A stretch of 64,000 nt of DNA from Candidatus Omnitrophota bacterium (lineage in GTDB: Bacteria; Omnitrophota; Gorgyraeia; JAZDFF01), in assembly GCA_043808095.1 (NCBI GenBank), contig JAZDFF010000024.1, forward strand, positions 7,868 to 71,867, given 5' to 3'. The position numbers and the translations under genes were made by a program. Positions 38,934-49,217 of the stretch are shown here, one piece after another. Numbering within the stretch: position 1 is the first letter of the stretch; every line of letters starts with the position of its first letter. Below the pieces are notes generated by a model. The model did no database searches. It was not told the origin of the DNA and was given only the letters and a program-made list of their open reading frames with translations.

Positions 38934-40791
38934 TAATATCTAATCTTGCCGTTAGTGCGATTATCTCTCTTATCCTGGGTGTCAGCTCATGCCTTGATAA
39001 ATCATCAAGGCTAATCGGCATAAGTAAAGACCAATTCTTATCGCTCACTGTTGCCGGGGTATTTATTCTAAAATTGTAAGGATCGCCTTTCAAGACGTCG
39101 GTTAAATAAAGCCAGTCTATTATAAGCTGGACAGAAAATATTGAACGGGACAAAAGGCAAAATTTTAAGATTGCCTCCACAATCTGCGAGTCGCATTTCT
39201 CACACATCGGGCCTTTAAACCTTAAATGCCGCCAGAGCTTCTCCTTTTCTTTATAAGAATTCTCGTATAGTTCGATAAAATCTTTTAATTCTTCTCTTTT
39301 TTTGCCTAAAATACTAACCACGAGGTCAACCGAATCAATGCTGCCTTTCCAGCGCAACCTCCCGTGGCGCGACATTGAAGAATCGAATAATCTCTCTTTG
39401 ACCTGATTATAGTCAATGCTCCGATCATTGCATTTTCTGATAAATAAACCTTCATCAACCGTACCGGCCTCATTTTCCCACCAGGCAGCGGCATTGGTAG
39501 TATCGTGGGTAGAAAGCATTGCTACCGAAAGAAATCTGAATTCCTCGGGGTTTAGAAAGTCGTGCCTGTTCGACCAGTCTTTAGTCCAGCGCTGGACGTC
39601 ATTTCCCGGGATACCGAATTCCGCTAAGGCCTTAGGGCAAGAAGCAGGAATTATCCCCAGGTCCTCAGCGCAAACAAGCATGTCCGTATTGTTGACAATA
39701 ATGGATAATAATTTTCTGCCATGAGCCTCCCATAAATTTTCGTCTTTCGGGTCAAAGAAACCATTCAGGCCCCGATTTTCCTGCGGCTCATCATAAGGGA
39801 TACTCCAGATACGGAACAATCCTACCACATGATCAATCCTTAAGATATCGTAAAAATTCTGGGCGTATTTTAGTTTCTCTTTCAGATATTGGTAATCATC
39901 GGTTTCGATACCATCCCAATTATATGTAGGCATGCCCCAGCGCTGGCCCTTGGCACAATACATATCAGGCGGCGCCCCCGAGGCATACTCCAGCTTAAAA
40001 TATTCGGGATGCACCCAGACATCAGAACTGTCCCGGGAAACCAATATAGGTAAATCGCCTTTTAATAAAACTCCCCTTTTATTGGCGTATCCTCTCACCT
40101 CTTTAAACTGCTCATAAAGCTGCCACTGCAGCCAGGCATGAAATCCAATCTCTTTTTCATATTTCTTAGCAATATCTTTTAAGGCCGGTTCGTCTCGATG
40201 CCTGTAATCTTCCTGCCATTCATACCAGGGGAGGCCTTCATGGCCGTCTCTAAGTATCTTAAAAAGCACAAAATCATCCAACCAATAGGCATTCTCTTGT
40301 CTGTATTTCTTAAATTCTTTTGATTTTGAATTTCTCTCTGAAAGATAAATCTCCCAGAGCACTTTTAACTTCTCTTGTTTTATGCGGTAATCTACGTAGG
40401 TTTTCCCCGAGAGGGTAAATGTGTTTTTAAGTTTTTCAACCTCTGCCTGGATATTTTTTTTCTTTGAAGAGGCTAAATCCGATAAAGACAAATACATCGG
40501 CTCAAGGGCAAAAGAACTCAGGGCATCATAAGGGCAAAATAGCGGCCCTACCTCGTTCATCGGAAGGAGCTGTATGATGGTATTTCCCGTCTGGCTTGCC
40601 CAGTCGACGAGGAGTTTTAGATCCCCAAAATCACCTATCCCTACGCTGTTTTCGGAGTAAATAGAAAAAAGAGGCGCAAGTATCCCTGCCCTCTTATTTG
40701 TCCCAATCTTCCGCCATCTATCTTTTGAAATACTATTAAGCAGTGGAACCCTCCTTGTTTCTAACAATATCCCGCGCCATACCGTTTCCAA
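38914..40791 (-). CDS. malQ: 4-alpha-glucanotransferase (GH77)
   Basis: GIGDF, QLLP, GDLPI, GAPPD, GQRWGMP, RIDHVVG, AEDLG, STHD. Confidence 0.93.
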   Translation of the reverse strand: METVWRGILLETRRVPLLNSISKDRWRKIGTNKRAGILAPLFSIYSENSVGIGDFGDLKLLVDWASQTGNTIIQLLPMNEVGPLFCPYDALSSFALEPMYLSLSDLASSKKKNIQAEVEKLKNTFTLSGKTYVDYRIKQEKLKVLWEIYLSERNSKSKEFKKYRQENAYWLDDFVLFKILRDGHEGLPWYEWQEDYRHRDEPALKDIAKKYEKEIGFHAWLQWQLYEQFKEVRGYANKRGVLLKGDLPILVSRDSSDVWVHPEYFKLEYASGAPPDMYCAKGQRWGMPTYNWDGIETDDYQYLKEKLKYAQNFYDILRIDHVVGLFRIWSIPYDEPQENRGLNGFFDPKDENLWEAHGRKLLSIIVNNTDMLVCAEDLGIIPASCPKALAEFGIPGNDVQRWTKDWSNRHDFLNPEEFRFLSVAMLSTHDTTNAAAWWENEAGTVDEGLFIRKCNDRSIDYNQVKERLFDSSMSRHGRLRWKGSIDSVDLVVSILGKKREELKDFIELYENSYKEKEKLWRHLRFKGPMCEKCDSQIVEAILKFCLLSRSIFSVQLIIDWLYLTDVLKGDPYNFRINTPATVSDKNWSLLMPISLDDLSRHELTPRIREIIALTARLDINEKSKK

Positions 40792-40831
40792 TTCCAGGTT
40801 CCCTCCCGAGGAAATTTGACGAGGGATTAAA

Positions 40832-41326
40832 TTATCGGTAATTTATGAAATTAAGCGGTAAAGGAAAATCGATATTTCTTAAATGGTTAATTACCGCCTG
40901 GAGCTCATCTTTTTTGGGCGAAAACACCCTTACCTTATCCCCCTCAATCTGGGTCTGGGCTTTCAACTTTAAATCCTTAATAATCCTGGTTAAATCTTTG
41001 GCCTTTTCCTTGGGTATGCCCATTGAGATCTCGGCAATCTGCCGTAGCGTCCCCTCGAAGGCCTTTTGCGGCTCTTTAAAGGTAAGTGACTTAACCGATA
41101 CGCCCCTTTTGATTAAGCGCTGTGCCAGGATGTCTCTTAAGGCGCGCAATTTAAAATCATCATCACCTACCAAAGTAATATTCTTCTCTTCGCGGCTAAA
41201 ATCAATTGAAGATTTGCTATCCTTAAAATCATAGCGCTGGGATAATTCCTTCTTGGCCTGGTTTACGGCATTGTCCACTTCCTGAAGACTTACCTCAGAA
41301 ACAATATCAAAGGAAAAATTCGGCAT
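40832..41326 (-). CDS. yajQ: YajQ family nucleotide-binding protein
   Basis: SFDIVSEV...EVDNAVNQ...RYDFK...KDELQ...NYR. Confidence 0.93.
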   Translation of the reverse strand: MPNFSFDIVSEVSLQEVDNAVNQAKKELSQRYDFKDSKSSIDFSREEKNITLVGDDDFKLRALRDILAQRLIKRGVSVKSLTFKEPQKAFEGTLRQIAEISMGIPKEKAKDLTRIIKDLKLKAQTQIEGDKVRVFSPKKDELQAVINHLRNIDFPLPLNFINYR

Positions 41327-41336
41327 CTATTAAGTC

Positions 41337-42098
41337 CTAAAATCTTAAGGTTGCCCTGGCAAAAGGCCCGGTGAGCCTTGCCTTTAAAAAATCCGGGCTG
41401 CTTTCTATCTTTACATCAATAATCCGATACCCTGCTGCGACGCTGAAATTTTTAAAAAGGATAATCTTCGCTCCGGCCTCGGCATCAAAAAAATATCCCA
41501 GATTACCTGCGCCGATTCCGGAAATCTCGGCAAACAAATTCAGTTTTTTCATGGGGTTGATGTCTAAGACCGCACCTATAGTAGGCAGGCCGCCTAAAAC
41601 CTGCTCTGATTCGCTGATAGAAAGGACCGGCGCCTTAAGTGAAATATCCGCTAACAGGCCTTTTGCCTCTACTAAAAGGCCTAATCTTATTTTATCATCG
41701 GCCATATTCATAAATTTCCATATCCAGCCGAGCCTTAAATATTGTAAATCAAAATCTGAATCTACGCGCGTGCCCAGGGTATAACTCTGTCCGGCAAATT
41801 GAATCGTAGTCTCGATATCTTTATGGCCGCTATATGCCACCTGGGTATAGGCAAGCCTTATCTGGCTGTTTTTGGTGGTATTCCAGATGACCCTTGCCTC
41901 GGGAAAATCCTCATCAGCAACTCCCAGGTCGGATTTAAAATCAAAATCCGAGCCTATTTCGGACTTAACCACCTTGGCCTTGGCATTGAGGTCAGTTACC
42001 CAATAACGTCCTTCAAACTCCAACTTTGTATCTTCGGCAAAACATAAACCCACAGCCATTACTACGATACCAAAGCTCAGCAAAATTTTTCTGCTCAC
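41337..42098 (-). CDS. Outer-membrane beta-barrel protein
   Basis: Signal peptide, alternating beta-strand pattern, AGYR, terminal Phe. Confidence 0.75.
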   Translation of the reverse strand: MSRKILLSFGIVVMAVGLCFAEDTKLEFEGRYWVTDLNAKAKVVKSEIGSDFDFKSDLGVADEDFPEARVIWNTTKNSQIRLAYTQVAYSGHKDIETTIQFAGQSYTLGTRVDSDFDLQYLRLGWIWKFMNMADDKIRLGLLVEAKGLLADISLKAPVLSISESEQVLGGLPTIGAVLDINPMKKLNLFAEISGIGAGNLGYFFDAEAGAKIILFKNFSVAAGYRIIDVKIESSPDFLKARLTGPFARATLRF

Positions 42099-42143
42099 TT
42101 TGCCCCTCCTTTCTGGAATTTATAAATAACAATAATAAAGACC

Positions 42144-42171
42144 ATTATAGCAATAATGCCGCTATCTTCAA
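42144..42171 (-). promoter_or_regulatory. Sigma70-type promoter
   Basis: TTGAAG-N16-TATAAT with TGcTATAAT. Confidence 0.55.
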
Positions 42172-42181
42172 GTAATTAACC

Positions 42182-43252
42182 TCAAACCTCGACTAATTCA
42201 TATTCGAGATTCCCCAGTCCTAAATTCTCGGCATATTCAAGTTGTATAAACCCGTTTCTTTCAGGATGGGCCTCTTTAAATATGTCTTTTCCCGCTTTCT
42301 TATTAACCAAATCCCTGCTCGCTTTATCAATGCTTACAGGATCACCTGAGGCAAAAATACCTACATCGTCTACAATGCGCGGGTCATCCTTGGCCAGACA
42401 ATCGCATTCCTTGGTAATCTTTATGGCAAAATTAATGAAAGCAGATTGAGCCTTTTTATCTTTTAATACTGCATAAGCGTATTCGACCATCTTCTGCTGC
42501 ATATTGCTCCCTCCCGCCTCCCAGTTAACATCAATGGCGCTCTGAGGGCAGACTGCAATACAGGTTGCGCAGCCGATACATTTTGCGGGGTCAATATAGG
42601 CCAGATTATCTTTCATAAAGATAGCCCCTGCAGGACAGGCCTTAATGCATTCACCGCAGCCAATACATTTTTTTACGTAAACAAGCGGTGAGATACCTGA
42701 GTGCTGCTTGAGTTTTCCTTCCCGGCTGGCACAGCCCATGCCGATATTCTTTAAGGCCCCGCCGAATCCGGTCATAATGTGGCCTTTAAAATGAGCAATG
42801 CCTACGAGCACCTCTGCTTCTTTGAAAAGCCTGGCGACCTTTGCTGTCTTTATAAACCTCTGGTTGATGATTTTCCCAGCGACATTTTCTTTTTTGGTAT
42901 CATCGGGGATAATGACATTCGCCCCACAGATTTTCTTGGTAAACCCATGCAAAAAGGCAAGCTTCAGATGGTCAGAGGAATTTGTGCGTTTGCCGCGATA
43001 AAGGGTATTAGTATCAGCTAAAAAACACCTGGCCTTTCTTTTTATAACTTCATCGACAACCACGTGCGCATAAAAAGGCTTTACATAGCCGGTATTCTCT
43101 TCTTCTCCAAAGTGGATCTTTATGGCAACCTCTTGGCCTTTTCCAATAAAATCCAAGAGCCGGCTCCTTGAAAGAAGCAGTTTTAATTTTTCCTGGATAG
43201 TTTGGGGGCTATCCGAATTACGGACGCCGACAAAATATACCTTACTTTTCAT
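42182..43252 (-). CDS. DUF362 / 4Fe-4S ferredoxin domain protein (start refined to ATG 43252)
   Basis: KIHFGE, HFKGH, GGALKNIGMG, two CxxCxxCxxxCP motifs, ECDC. Confidence 0.88.
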   Translation of the reverse strand: MKSKVYFVGVRNSDSPQTIQEKLKLLLSRSRLLDFIGKGQEVAIKIHFGEEENTGYVKPFYAHVVVDEVIKRKARCFLADTNTLYRGKRTNSSDHLKLAFLHGFTKKICGANVIIPDDTKKENVAGKIINQRFIKTAKVARLFKEAEVLVGIAHFKGHIMTGFGGALKNIGMGCASREGKLKQHSGISPLVYVKKCIGCGECIKACPAGAIFMKDNLAYIDPAKCIGCATCIAVCPQSAIDVNWEAGGSNMQQKMVEYAYAVLKDKKAQSAFINFAIKITKECDCLAKDDPRIVDDVGIFASGDPVSIDKASRDLVNKKAGKDIFKEAHPERNGFIQLEYAENLGLGNLEYELVEV

Positions 43253-43772
43253 CTGGAAGTATTGCTGTAGAAAGCACCAGCCCAAAGATACCGCTAATCA
43301 CATTTGTGAAAACATCCCTTATATCGCCAACGCGATAAGGCAGGAAATACTGAAAACCTTCATCCGAGACACTAATCAGGACAATAAACAATAGCGCCAT
43401 GAAGAAATTAAGGAACTTGAATCTTTTTCCTTTAGCAACCAGGTCTCTCATCGCCAAATATCCCAGGAAACCATAGGTAAGGACATGGCTTCTTTCAGAA
43501 AAATACGGCTGCCAGGTGCTAAACAGATATGCCAGGCCAAATATGGATAATATCAAACCGGCCCTCAATAGGCCCAATCGTCTTTTAAGGGCAAATATCA
43601 GGGCAGATATTGCCAATAGAACAAAGCACAATTTCACAGAGCCTGTCATAAAGAAATCGCCGAGTTTATCAAACAGCCAATTTCTCAGCTGCTGCATAAA
43701 AGAAGCAGAGATAACAATAAAGATCCCCCACCCTATAGTTCCTTTAGACAATCTCATTTTTCTTTTTGGCAT
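43242..43772 (-). CDS. VanZ family membrane protein
   Basis: ERxH...YG.LG, DEGFQYFLPYRVGDIRD. Confidence 0.8.
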   Translation of the reverse strand: MPKRKMRLSKGTIGWGIFIVISASFMQQLRNWLFDKLGDFFMTGSVKLCFVLLAISALIFALKRRLGLLRAGLILSIFGLAYLFSTWQPYFSERSHVLTYGFLGYLAMRDLVAKGKRFKFLNFFMALLFIVLISVSDEGFQYFLPYRVGDIRDVFTNVISGIFGLVLSTAILPDEK

Positions 43773-43873
43773 CCGTAATTCTATTCAAAAGGGGTAAATC
43801 GGCGGGACAGTGCGTTTCAGGCGATTATCTTGTTTTGAACCTGCGAATGGATATTTAATCTACAAATTGAAAA

Positions 43874-45190
43874 TTACTGCCTAAATTGGCCCGGGCCTCT
43901 TAACCATCTATTTACGGCAGCAATCGCCCGGCCTATTTTTTCCGGGATAATTATGGCGCCTTTTGCCTTTACATGTTCTCCGGTAATTTTCTCTACGTAT
44001 AGGCTGACCGAGCGGACATTATTATCTTCATTAAGTTCTTTGACGATATTCTTTCCATCCACGCGGGCTTCAATTATATGTTCTCCGGCGGCTAATGCCG
44101 GAATCATAACCTCTAATTTAACCTCCTGACCCGGGTCAAGAATGGGTAATATCTTAATATAAAAGGGCTTTTGGTCTTTTAAGCCGATAGCGCAGAGAAC
44201 GTTATTGAGCGTATCTTTTCCGGAATTTTTTACAAGGACCTCGGCCTTTACGGACTGGCCTTCTAAAGTGATTTCTTTATCTAAAACGAAACTCGTCACT
44301 GCCACATCCTTGACACCTGTGCCATATGCACCCGGCTTTACCGTAATCCAAATGGAGGCACTGTTATTTGCCCTTTTTCTTTCCGGAATGATGCCCTTAC
44401 TGTTTACCACAAACTCAACCTTACGCCCGCCGCCCGCGGAAAAGGCATAATAAAGACTGGTTTCCTTATTTCCATATGCCGGCAAATTCTCAAGTGGCTG
44501 GTTTGCTACAAGCTTGCCATCGGCATACATATCTAAATCTGCCCCCCATATTTCAAGGTCAGAGTTATTATTAACTGTCACCAGGAAATTTACGCTAATT
44601 CCGGCAGGAGGCTCAAGCGTACTGACGCCTATCTTCTTATCCAATGCCAGGTCAATGCGTTTGCCTTTTCCGGCAAAGAATATCCCGGGCGTCAGATCGC
44701 CTTCGACCCTAAATTGTTTTGCTGATAAGTTATTGCCTTTATCTGTCTCGCTGACCCGGCCTCCCGGGTCAACGGTTACGCCAAGTTCATAGTGCGCCGG
44801 ATAAACTCCTTTATAATTCAAAACAAAATCCCTGGTTTTTCCTGCCTCGACCCTTCCTAATACTTTTTTGCCTTTTAGATAGCCGTGAAAACGATCTTTC
44901 TCAAAAACATTCAAATTCCTAATCTCATATTTAACTTTCACATTCCTGGCATCTACCCTATTTAGATTTCCAATAATAATTTTAATCTTTCTATTTTCAT
45001 TAATGTATAACGGACTGTCCAGATTAACTATTCCAGAGACGATTAAATCCGGGCAAGATTCTCCTTCCTGTTGGGCGAGAACTAAAAATTTTGTACTGTT
45101 AAGAAAGAAAATAAAAAAGGACGTCAAAGAAAAAATGAATAAAACCCTGTACATTTTTCTTTTAACGCCCATGGAAGAAATATTATACAA
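43874..45190 (-). CDS. Secreted CARDB-domain protein (about 3 Ig-like repeats)
   Basis: PDLIV, VDPxxxVxETDxxNN, ELNEDNN. Paralogous to the C-terminus of 53920-57492. Start uncertain. Confidence 0.8.
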   Translation of the reverse strand: MYNISSMGVKRKMYRVLFIFSLTSFFIFFLNSTKFLVLAQQEGESCPDLIVSGIVNLDSPLYINENRKIKIIIGNLNRVDARNVKVKYEIRNLNVFEKDRFHGYLKGKKVLGRVEAGKTRDFVLNYKGVYPAHYELGVTVDPGGRVSETDKGNNLSAKQFRVEGDLTPGIFFAGKGKRIDLALDKKIGVSTLEPPAGISVNFLVTVNNNSDLEIWGADLDMYADGKLVANQPLENLPAYGNKETSLYYAFSAGGGRKVEFVVNSKGIIPERKRANNSASIWITVKPGAYGTGVKDVAVTSFVLDKEITLEGQSVKAEVLVKNSGKDTLNNVLCAIGLKDQKPFYIKILPILDPGQEVKLEVMIPALAAGEHIIEARVDGKNIVKELNEDNNVRSVSLYVEKITGEHVKAKGAIIIPEKIGRAIAAVNRWLRGPGQFRQ

Positions 45191-45213
45191 TGCCTTTAAA
45201 TTTTAGGCAAGGA

Positions 45214-45456
45214 TAATCATGCCCTTGGCTAACTAAGATTCGGCATTCCGACTCCCCTTTAGGGGATAGTCCTTTGAAACCTTGACGAAGCAGGACTTCC
45301 TTAGGCCTATCCCCCGACTCTGCTCGCGATGATTCGGGAGGGATGGTAAGCCCTTCGACGCGCTCGCCAAAGGCGAGCTTGCTCAGGGCAAATGGTGAGC
45401 AAAGTCGAACCAAAGCACAGCCGAATCAAAACAGGCGGAAATCTGGCGAGGGATTA
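45214..45456. repeat. Structured intergenic element with nested REP-like insert
   Basis: GATTCGGC (45237) / GCCGAATC (45420) stem enclosing TCCCCTTTAGGGGA, CTCGCCAAAGGCGAG and CCCTTCGAC..GCTCAGGGCAA modules. Confidence 0.55.
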
Positions 45457-45474
45457 AAATAAGCGGATCTGCGC

Positions 45475-45702
45475 TTATTTGTCTATCCCATTGCTCCTTA
45501 AACAATCTAAATATATTGCCCGATTAACCTCAAGCATACTGGACACATTGGTTTTAATCCCCGAAGATACCTGCTTTGCTTTTTCAGCGCACATCTTTCG
45601 GATTCTTGCGGGCCTGATAAAGACCCAATAGAAGGCGAATATTAAAAACAAAATAACTACCCACATTGCCACTATTAAAAACCATTTCTGCAGTCTGTTC
45701 AT
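45475..45702 (-). CDS. Small membrane-anchored hypothetical protein
   Basis: One TM, two Cys, SD GGAGG upstream. Confidence 0.65.
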   Translation of the reverse strand: MNRLQKWFLIVAMWVVILFLIFAFYWVFIRPARIRKMCAEKAKQVSSGIKTNVSSMLEVNRAIYLDCLRSNGIDK

Positions 45703-45777
45703 TGTATCTTTCCTCCGATGAAAAAAAGTGTCCGGGTGATTGAGTGTTTTAGATTAAAAAATAAATCTTAGGAATAA

Positions 45778-46155
45778 TCAACCGAGAATCTTTTTTATTT
45801 TCTCTAAAATATCTTCAAAACTGCAGGGTTTCATTATATAATCACTGACTCCGAGCTCAGAGATCCTCTTTTCGATGCCCTGCGGCAATAACTCCTTACC
45901 TGTAATAAAAATAATCGGGATGTCGGCTAGTGACCTGTCTTTTTTTAAAGCGGCAACCAGGGTATAACTATCCATATCCGGCATCACAATATCCAGTAAC
46001 ATCAAATCCGGTTTATCGGACTGAGCCAGCCGGAGTACTTCTTTTGCGCTTGTGACTGCAAGGACAGAATAATTATTTTGTTTTAATCTTTTTTCTAAAA
46101 TACCCAGCGCTTCTTTGTTATCGTCCGCAATCAGAATCTTCTGCATAATAATCAC
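45778..46155 (-). CDS. Single-domain response regulator
   Basis: ILIADD, LLDIVMP, FITG, KP. Confidence 0.9.
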   Translation of the reverse strand: MIIMQKILIADDNKEALGILEKRLKQNNYSVLAVTSAKEVLRLAQSDKPDLMLLDIVMPDMDSYTLVAALKKDRSLADIPIIFITGKELLPQGIEKRISELGVSDYIMKPCSFEDILEKIKKILG

Positions 46156-46256
46156 GCTCCTTTAATGAACAGACAATTTATGCCTGCCTCACCGGCAGGC
46201 GGGGATTTCACAGATAAATTCACTTTTGGTAATCCATGCCCCCAGAAATTGCAATT

Positions 46257-47165
46257 TTAAGAATTTTTCTCTTCCGAGAGCGATTTAGCCGTAATCATCT
46301 CCAAGGCCAGGAGATATTTTTCGCTTGTCTTACGCACTATATCTTCGGGTAATTCCGGGGCCGGGGGAGTCTTATTCCAGTCTAACGTCTCCAAATAATC
46401 CCGCACAAATTGCTTATCAAAACTCGGTTGCGGCCCACCCGCCCTGTATTCATCCTTCGGCCAAAAACGCGACGAGTCGGGCGTAAGCACCTCATCGATA
46501 AGAATAATCTCGCCGTCATAGATACCGAATTCAAATTTTGTGTCGGCAATGATTACGCCTTTAGTGTCGGCATGCCGGCTTGCCTTTTTATACAAGGCGA
46601 TACTTGCCTCTTTTAGTTTTTCTGTGACGCCTATTCCCAAATCTTTTTCGATAAACGCCTGCGTTACATTGATATCATGACCTGTCTCTTCTTTGGTTGC
46701 GGGGGTAAATATCGGCTGCGGTAACTTATCTGACTCGCAAAGACTTCCTGGCAACTTAATTCCGCATATAGATTGACTCTGTTGATATTCTTTCCAGCCT
46801 GAACCTGAAAGATATCCCCGCACGACGCACTCTACGGGTATAGGCTTGGCTTTCTTTACTAACATCGAGCGGCCTCTTAAAACATCTTTATACTTCTTTA
46901 ATCCCGGCGGAAAATCTTCGATCTTTGAGGAAATAAAATGGTTAGGGATAATGTCCTTGGTAAACTCAAACCAAAACAGGGAAAGCTGGGTTAAGACCTC
47001 TCCTTTATGCGGAATACAGGTGGGCAGTACGACGTCGAAACAGGATATCCTGTCCGTAGAAATAATCAGAAGTTTATCCTTTAGATCGTAGACATCCCGG
47101 ACCTTGCCTCTTTTGAAAAAATCGACATCCGTAAATCGGGTTATGCGTAACGGTTCGCCAACCAT
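46257..47165 (-). CDS. purC: SAICAR synthetase
   Basis: [39 protein letters not shown]. Confidence 0.96.
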   Translation of the reverse strand: MVGEPLRITRFTDVDFFKRGKVRDVYDLKDKLLIISTDRISCFDVVLPTCIPHKGEVLTQLSLFWFEFTKDIIPNHFISSKIEDFPPGLKKYKDVLRGRSMLVKKAKPIPVECVVRGYLSGSGWKEYQQSQSICGIKLPGSLCESDKLPQPIFTPATKEETGHDINVTQAFIEKDLGIGVTEKLKEASIALYKKASRHADTKGVIIADTKFEFGIYDGEIILIDEVLTPDSSRFWPKDEYRAGGPQPSFDKQFVRDYLETLDWNKTPPAPELPEDIVRKTSEKYLLALEMITAKSLSEEKNS

Positions 47166-47210
47166 CTTAAACTCCTTTTCTCCCTCGCTAAAAGGGTATC
47201 AATCTCATAC

Positions 47211-47233
47211 AATAAGTACGTGTCCCCGGAATT
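47211..47233. repeat. GTCCCC junction motif copy 1
   Basis: AATAAGTACGTGTCCCCGGAATT, overlapping the stop of 47233-47748 by 1 nt. Confidence 0.85.
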
Positions 47234-47748
47234 TATCCAATCAGCACCAGGCCGAAATAATTCGCCTTGCATCTTATTGAATCCAGGGTATCGATTTTGA
47301 AACCGTTGTTGCGTACGGTTTTAAAAACATCTATTCCGCAGGCCTCCATAGAAGGCCTGGCATTTTCCCGATGCCGGCACTCGCCTTTTAAGTTACATTC
47401 CCGGCAAAATCTGCAAGGGCCTGCGCCCATACCCAGGGCTTTATAATATCCGGAAAAGAACGCCTCTTTTTCTATCTTCAGGACGATCTTTGAGATATCT
47501 ATTCTCGAGCCGCTCTGGCAATGGATGATGATTGCCTTCCTGAAAGAATCAAGTATCTTTTGCGTCTCGCTAGGCCCAGGCGAATATGGCGGGCAGGTAA
47601 AACACTCGCCAAATCCCGAGCAGCCAAATTGGCATTTGTATCTTACCCAGGAGGCGGTCTTCACGGTTTTGACCTCAATGACCTTACTGTCTTTTGCGCC
47701 TAACTCTACGGCCCTGTCTTTTAATTGCTCGATAGTCTTTCTGTACAT
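47233..47748 (-). CDS. DUF2284 metal-binding protein
   Basis: KCQFGC...CPP, GAGPCRFCREC, RPSMEACGIDV. Confidence 0.85.
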   Translation of the reverse strand: MYRKTIEQLKDRAVELGAKDSKVIEVKTVKTASWVRYKCQFGCSGFGECFTCPPYSPGPSETQKILDSFRKAIIIHCQSGSRIDISKIVLKIEKEAFFSGYYKALGMGAGPCRFCRECNLKGECRHRENARPSMEACGIDVFKTVRNNGFKIDTLDSIRCKANYFGLVLIG

Positions 47749-47811
47749 AATTTTAAACCAGTGGCCAAGCTTGTCCTGAGCATAGTCGAAGGGTGGTCGA
47801 CTGTTTGAGTG

Positions 47812-47834
47812 AAAAAGTATGTGTCCCCGGAATT
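47812..47834. repeat. GTCCCC junction motif copy 2
   Basis: AAAAAGTATGTGTCCCCGGAATT, directly abutting the stop at 47835-47837. Confidence 0.88.
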
Positions 47835-48809
47835 CTAACGCAGAGAAAAAGCTATCTCTACGGCAGATTCAATCTTAAAAGGGATAAAGATATCCGTATC
47901 AGGAATCTTCAGGTGGCCGGAGAGCTGAAATTTCAGGGGATTCCGTTTGATAATTTCGTTGCGTATCAATCTACTCCAGATATTTCCTATCCGGATTGAA
48001 TCTTTTATCTGGTTTGATTGCGAGCCCCCGAATAAAGTCCGGGTAAGTTTACTTCTGGCGATATCCTTACCTTCCAGGGTATATATGCGGATTACGCCGT
48101 CTTCAAGGACCAGGTCAATACTCAAGGGATTAGTTATACCCAGGATAAATTCAATAGATGAGTTCCCCAAAATGGTGGAATCAAGTTTTGAGGAAAAAGC
48201 AACATAAAGAGGCCGGACTATAATTTCTTTCAGGGCCTTAAGATGCAGCACCGCGACATTGCTTTCAATTGGGATATGCAGGCCTAACTTTTTATAAGTA
48301 AAACCGGTGCGCATGAATACGGTTATGCTTTTATTGTTTAATACCGCCAAACCGAGATGAATGGATACCGGGGCTTCTAACTCCTGCTTAGATGTTACGC
48401 TCTTGGCTTTCCAGTCTAAAGTGTCTTGCGTCAAAATAACTCCGTTTTCATTCTGAATCTCCAGGTATATCTTCTCCAAATCAAGCGAGCTTTCCGTGGG
48501 GTTCTGGATGACTATTTTTCCCGAGACGATAATTTTGTTATTTTTCAGAGAGGGCTCAAGGTGAGCAATAATCTGAGGTATTTTAAAACTATTTTTACCG
48601 ACAACTAATTTCACAAGCGAAGCGCAGCCGCAGATAATAAACGCGGCCAAAATTACCGAGAAAATGGAGCCCACCCGAGCTAAAGCCCGGGGTTCCAAAG
48701 GCGGAATACTCAAGCGGCCACATCTTATCCGCGCCCTAGCCCCCGCAGGGGGCATGGGCGCGGTTTTCAGGCCGCGGAGTACAAAAATTATTTTCTTCTT
48801 AAATTTCAT
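47835..48809 (-). CDS. Putative lipoprotein with two LEA_2/WHy-like beta domains, carrying an in-frame insertion
   Basis: Lipobox IICGC and two IxNP motifs. Confidence 0.65.
   Translation of the reverse strand: MKFKKKIIFVLRGLKTAPMPPAGARARIRCGRLSIPPLEPRALARVGSIFSVILAAFIICGCASLVKLVVGKNSFKIPQIIAHLEPSLKNNKIIVSGKIVIQNPTESSLDLEKIYLEIQNENGVILTQDTLDWKAKSVTSKQELEAPVSIHLGLAVLNNKSITVFMRTGFTYKKLGLHIPIESNVAVLHLKALKEIIVRPLYVAFSSKLDSTILGNSSIEFILGITNPLSIDLVLEDGVIRIYTLEGKDIARSKLTRTLFGGSQSNQIKDSIRIGNIWSRLIRNEIIKRNPLKFQLSGHLKIPDTDIFIPFKIESAVEIAFSLR
48661..48788. mobile_element. 123-bp palindromic insertion flanked by AAAAT direct repeats inside a CDS
   Basis: AAAAT at 48661 and 48784. GC-rich hairpins in an AT-rich context. 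Removal restores a normal signal peptide. Confidence 0.8.
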
Positions 48810-48835
48810 GGAATACCCCGGGCAGCTGGTCTAAC

Positions 48836-49207
48836 TTATAATTCAAAATCAAGAAGTTTTGCCATAAGCACGGTTTCAAGATAATCAAGATCTAGAGGCT
48901 TGATGATATAATCATACGCCCCCAGCTCAAGGCACTTATTTCCTGTCTTCTCCTCTTTTACCGCGGTAATCATCACAATACCGACTTCCTTGTCAATCTC
49001 TCTTATCCTTTTTAATGCCTCTATCCCGCCCATCCCCGGCATCCGGATATCTAAAAGCACTATATGCGGCCGTTCTTCTTTTACTTTTATTAAAGCCTGC
49101 TCGCCGCTTTGAACACTGGATGCCTCATAGCCTTTCTTAGCTAAAAACTTTTCTAACATATCACATATCGGCTTCTCGTCATCTACTATCAGGATCTTTT
49201 TCATCAT
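48836..49207 (-). CDS. Single-domain response regulator (start refined)
   Basis: ILIVDDE, LLDIRMP, MITA, YIIKP. Confidence 0.92.
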   Translation of the reverse strand: MMKKILIVDDEKPICDMLEKFLAKKGYEASSVQSGEQALIKVKEERPHIVLLDIRMPGMGGIEALKRIREIDKEVGIVMITAVKEEKTGNKCLELGAYDYIIKPLDLDYLETVLMAKLLDFEL

Positions 49208-49217
49208 ACTCCCCGCT

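Noticed and set aside
45183-45413. 76-aa ORF
   Set aside because: Translation of REP-like modules.
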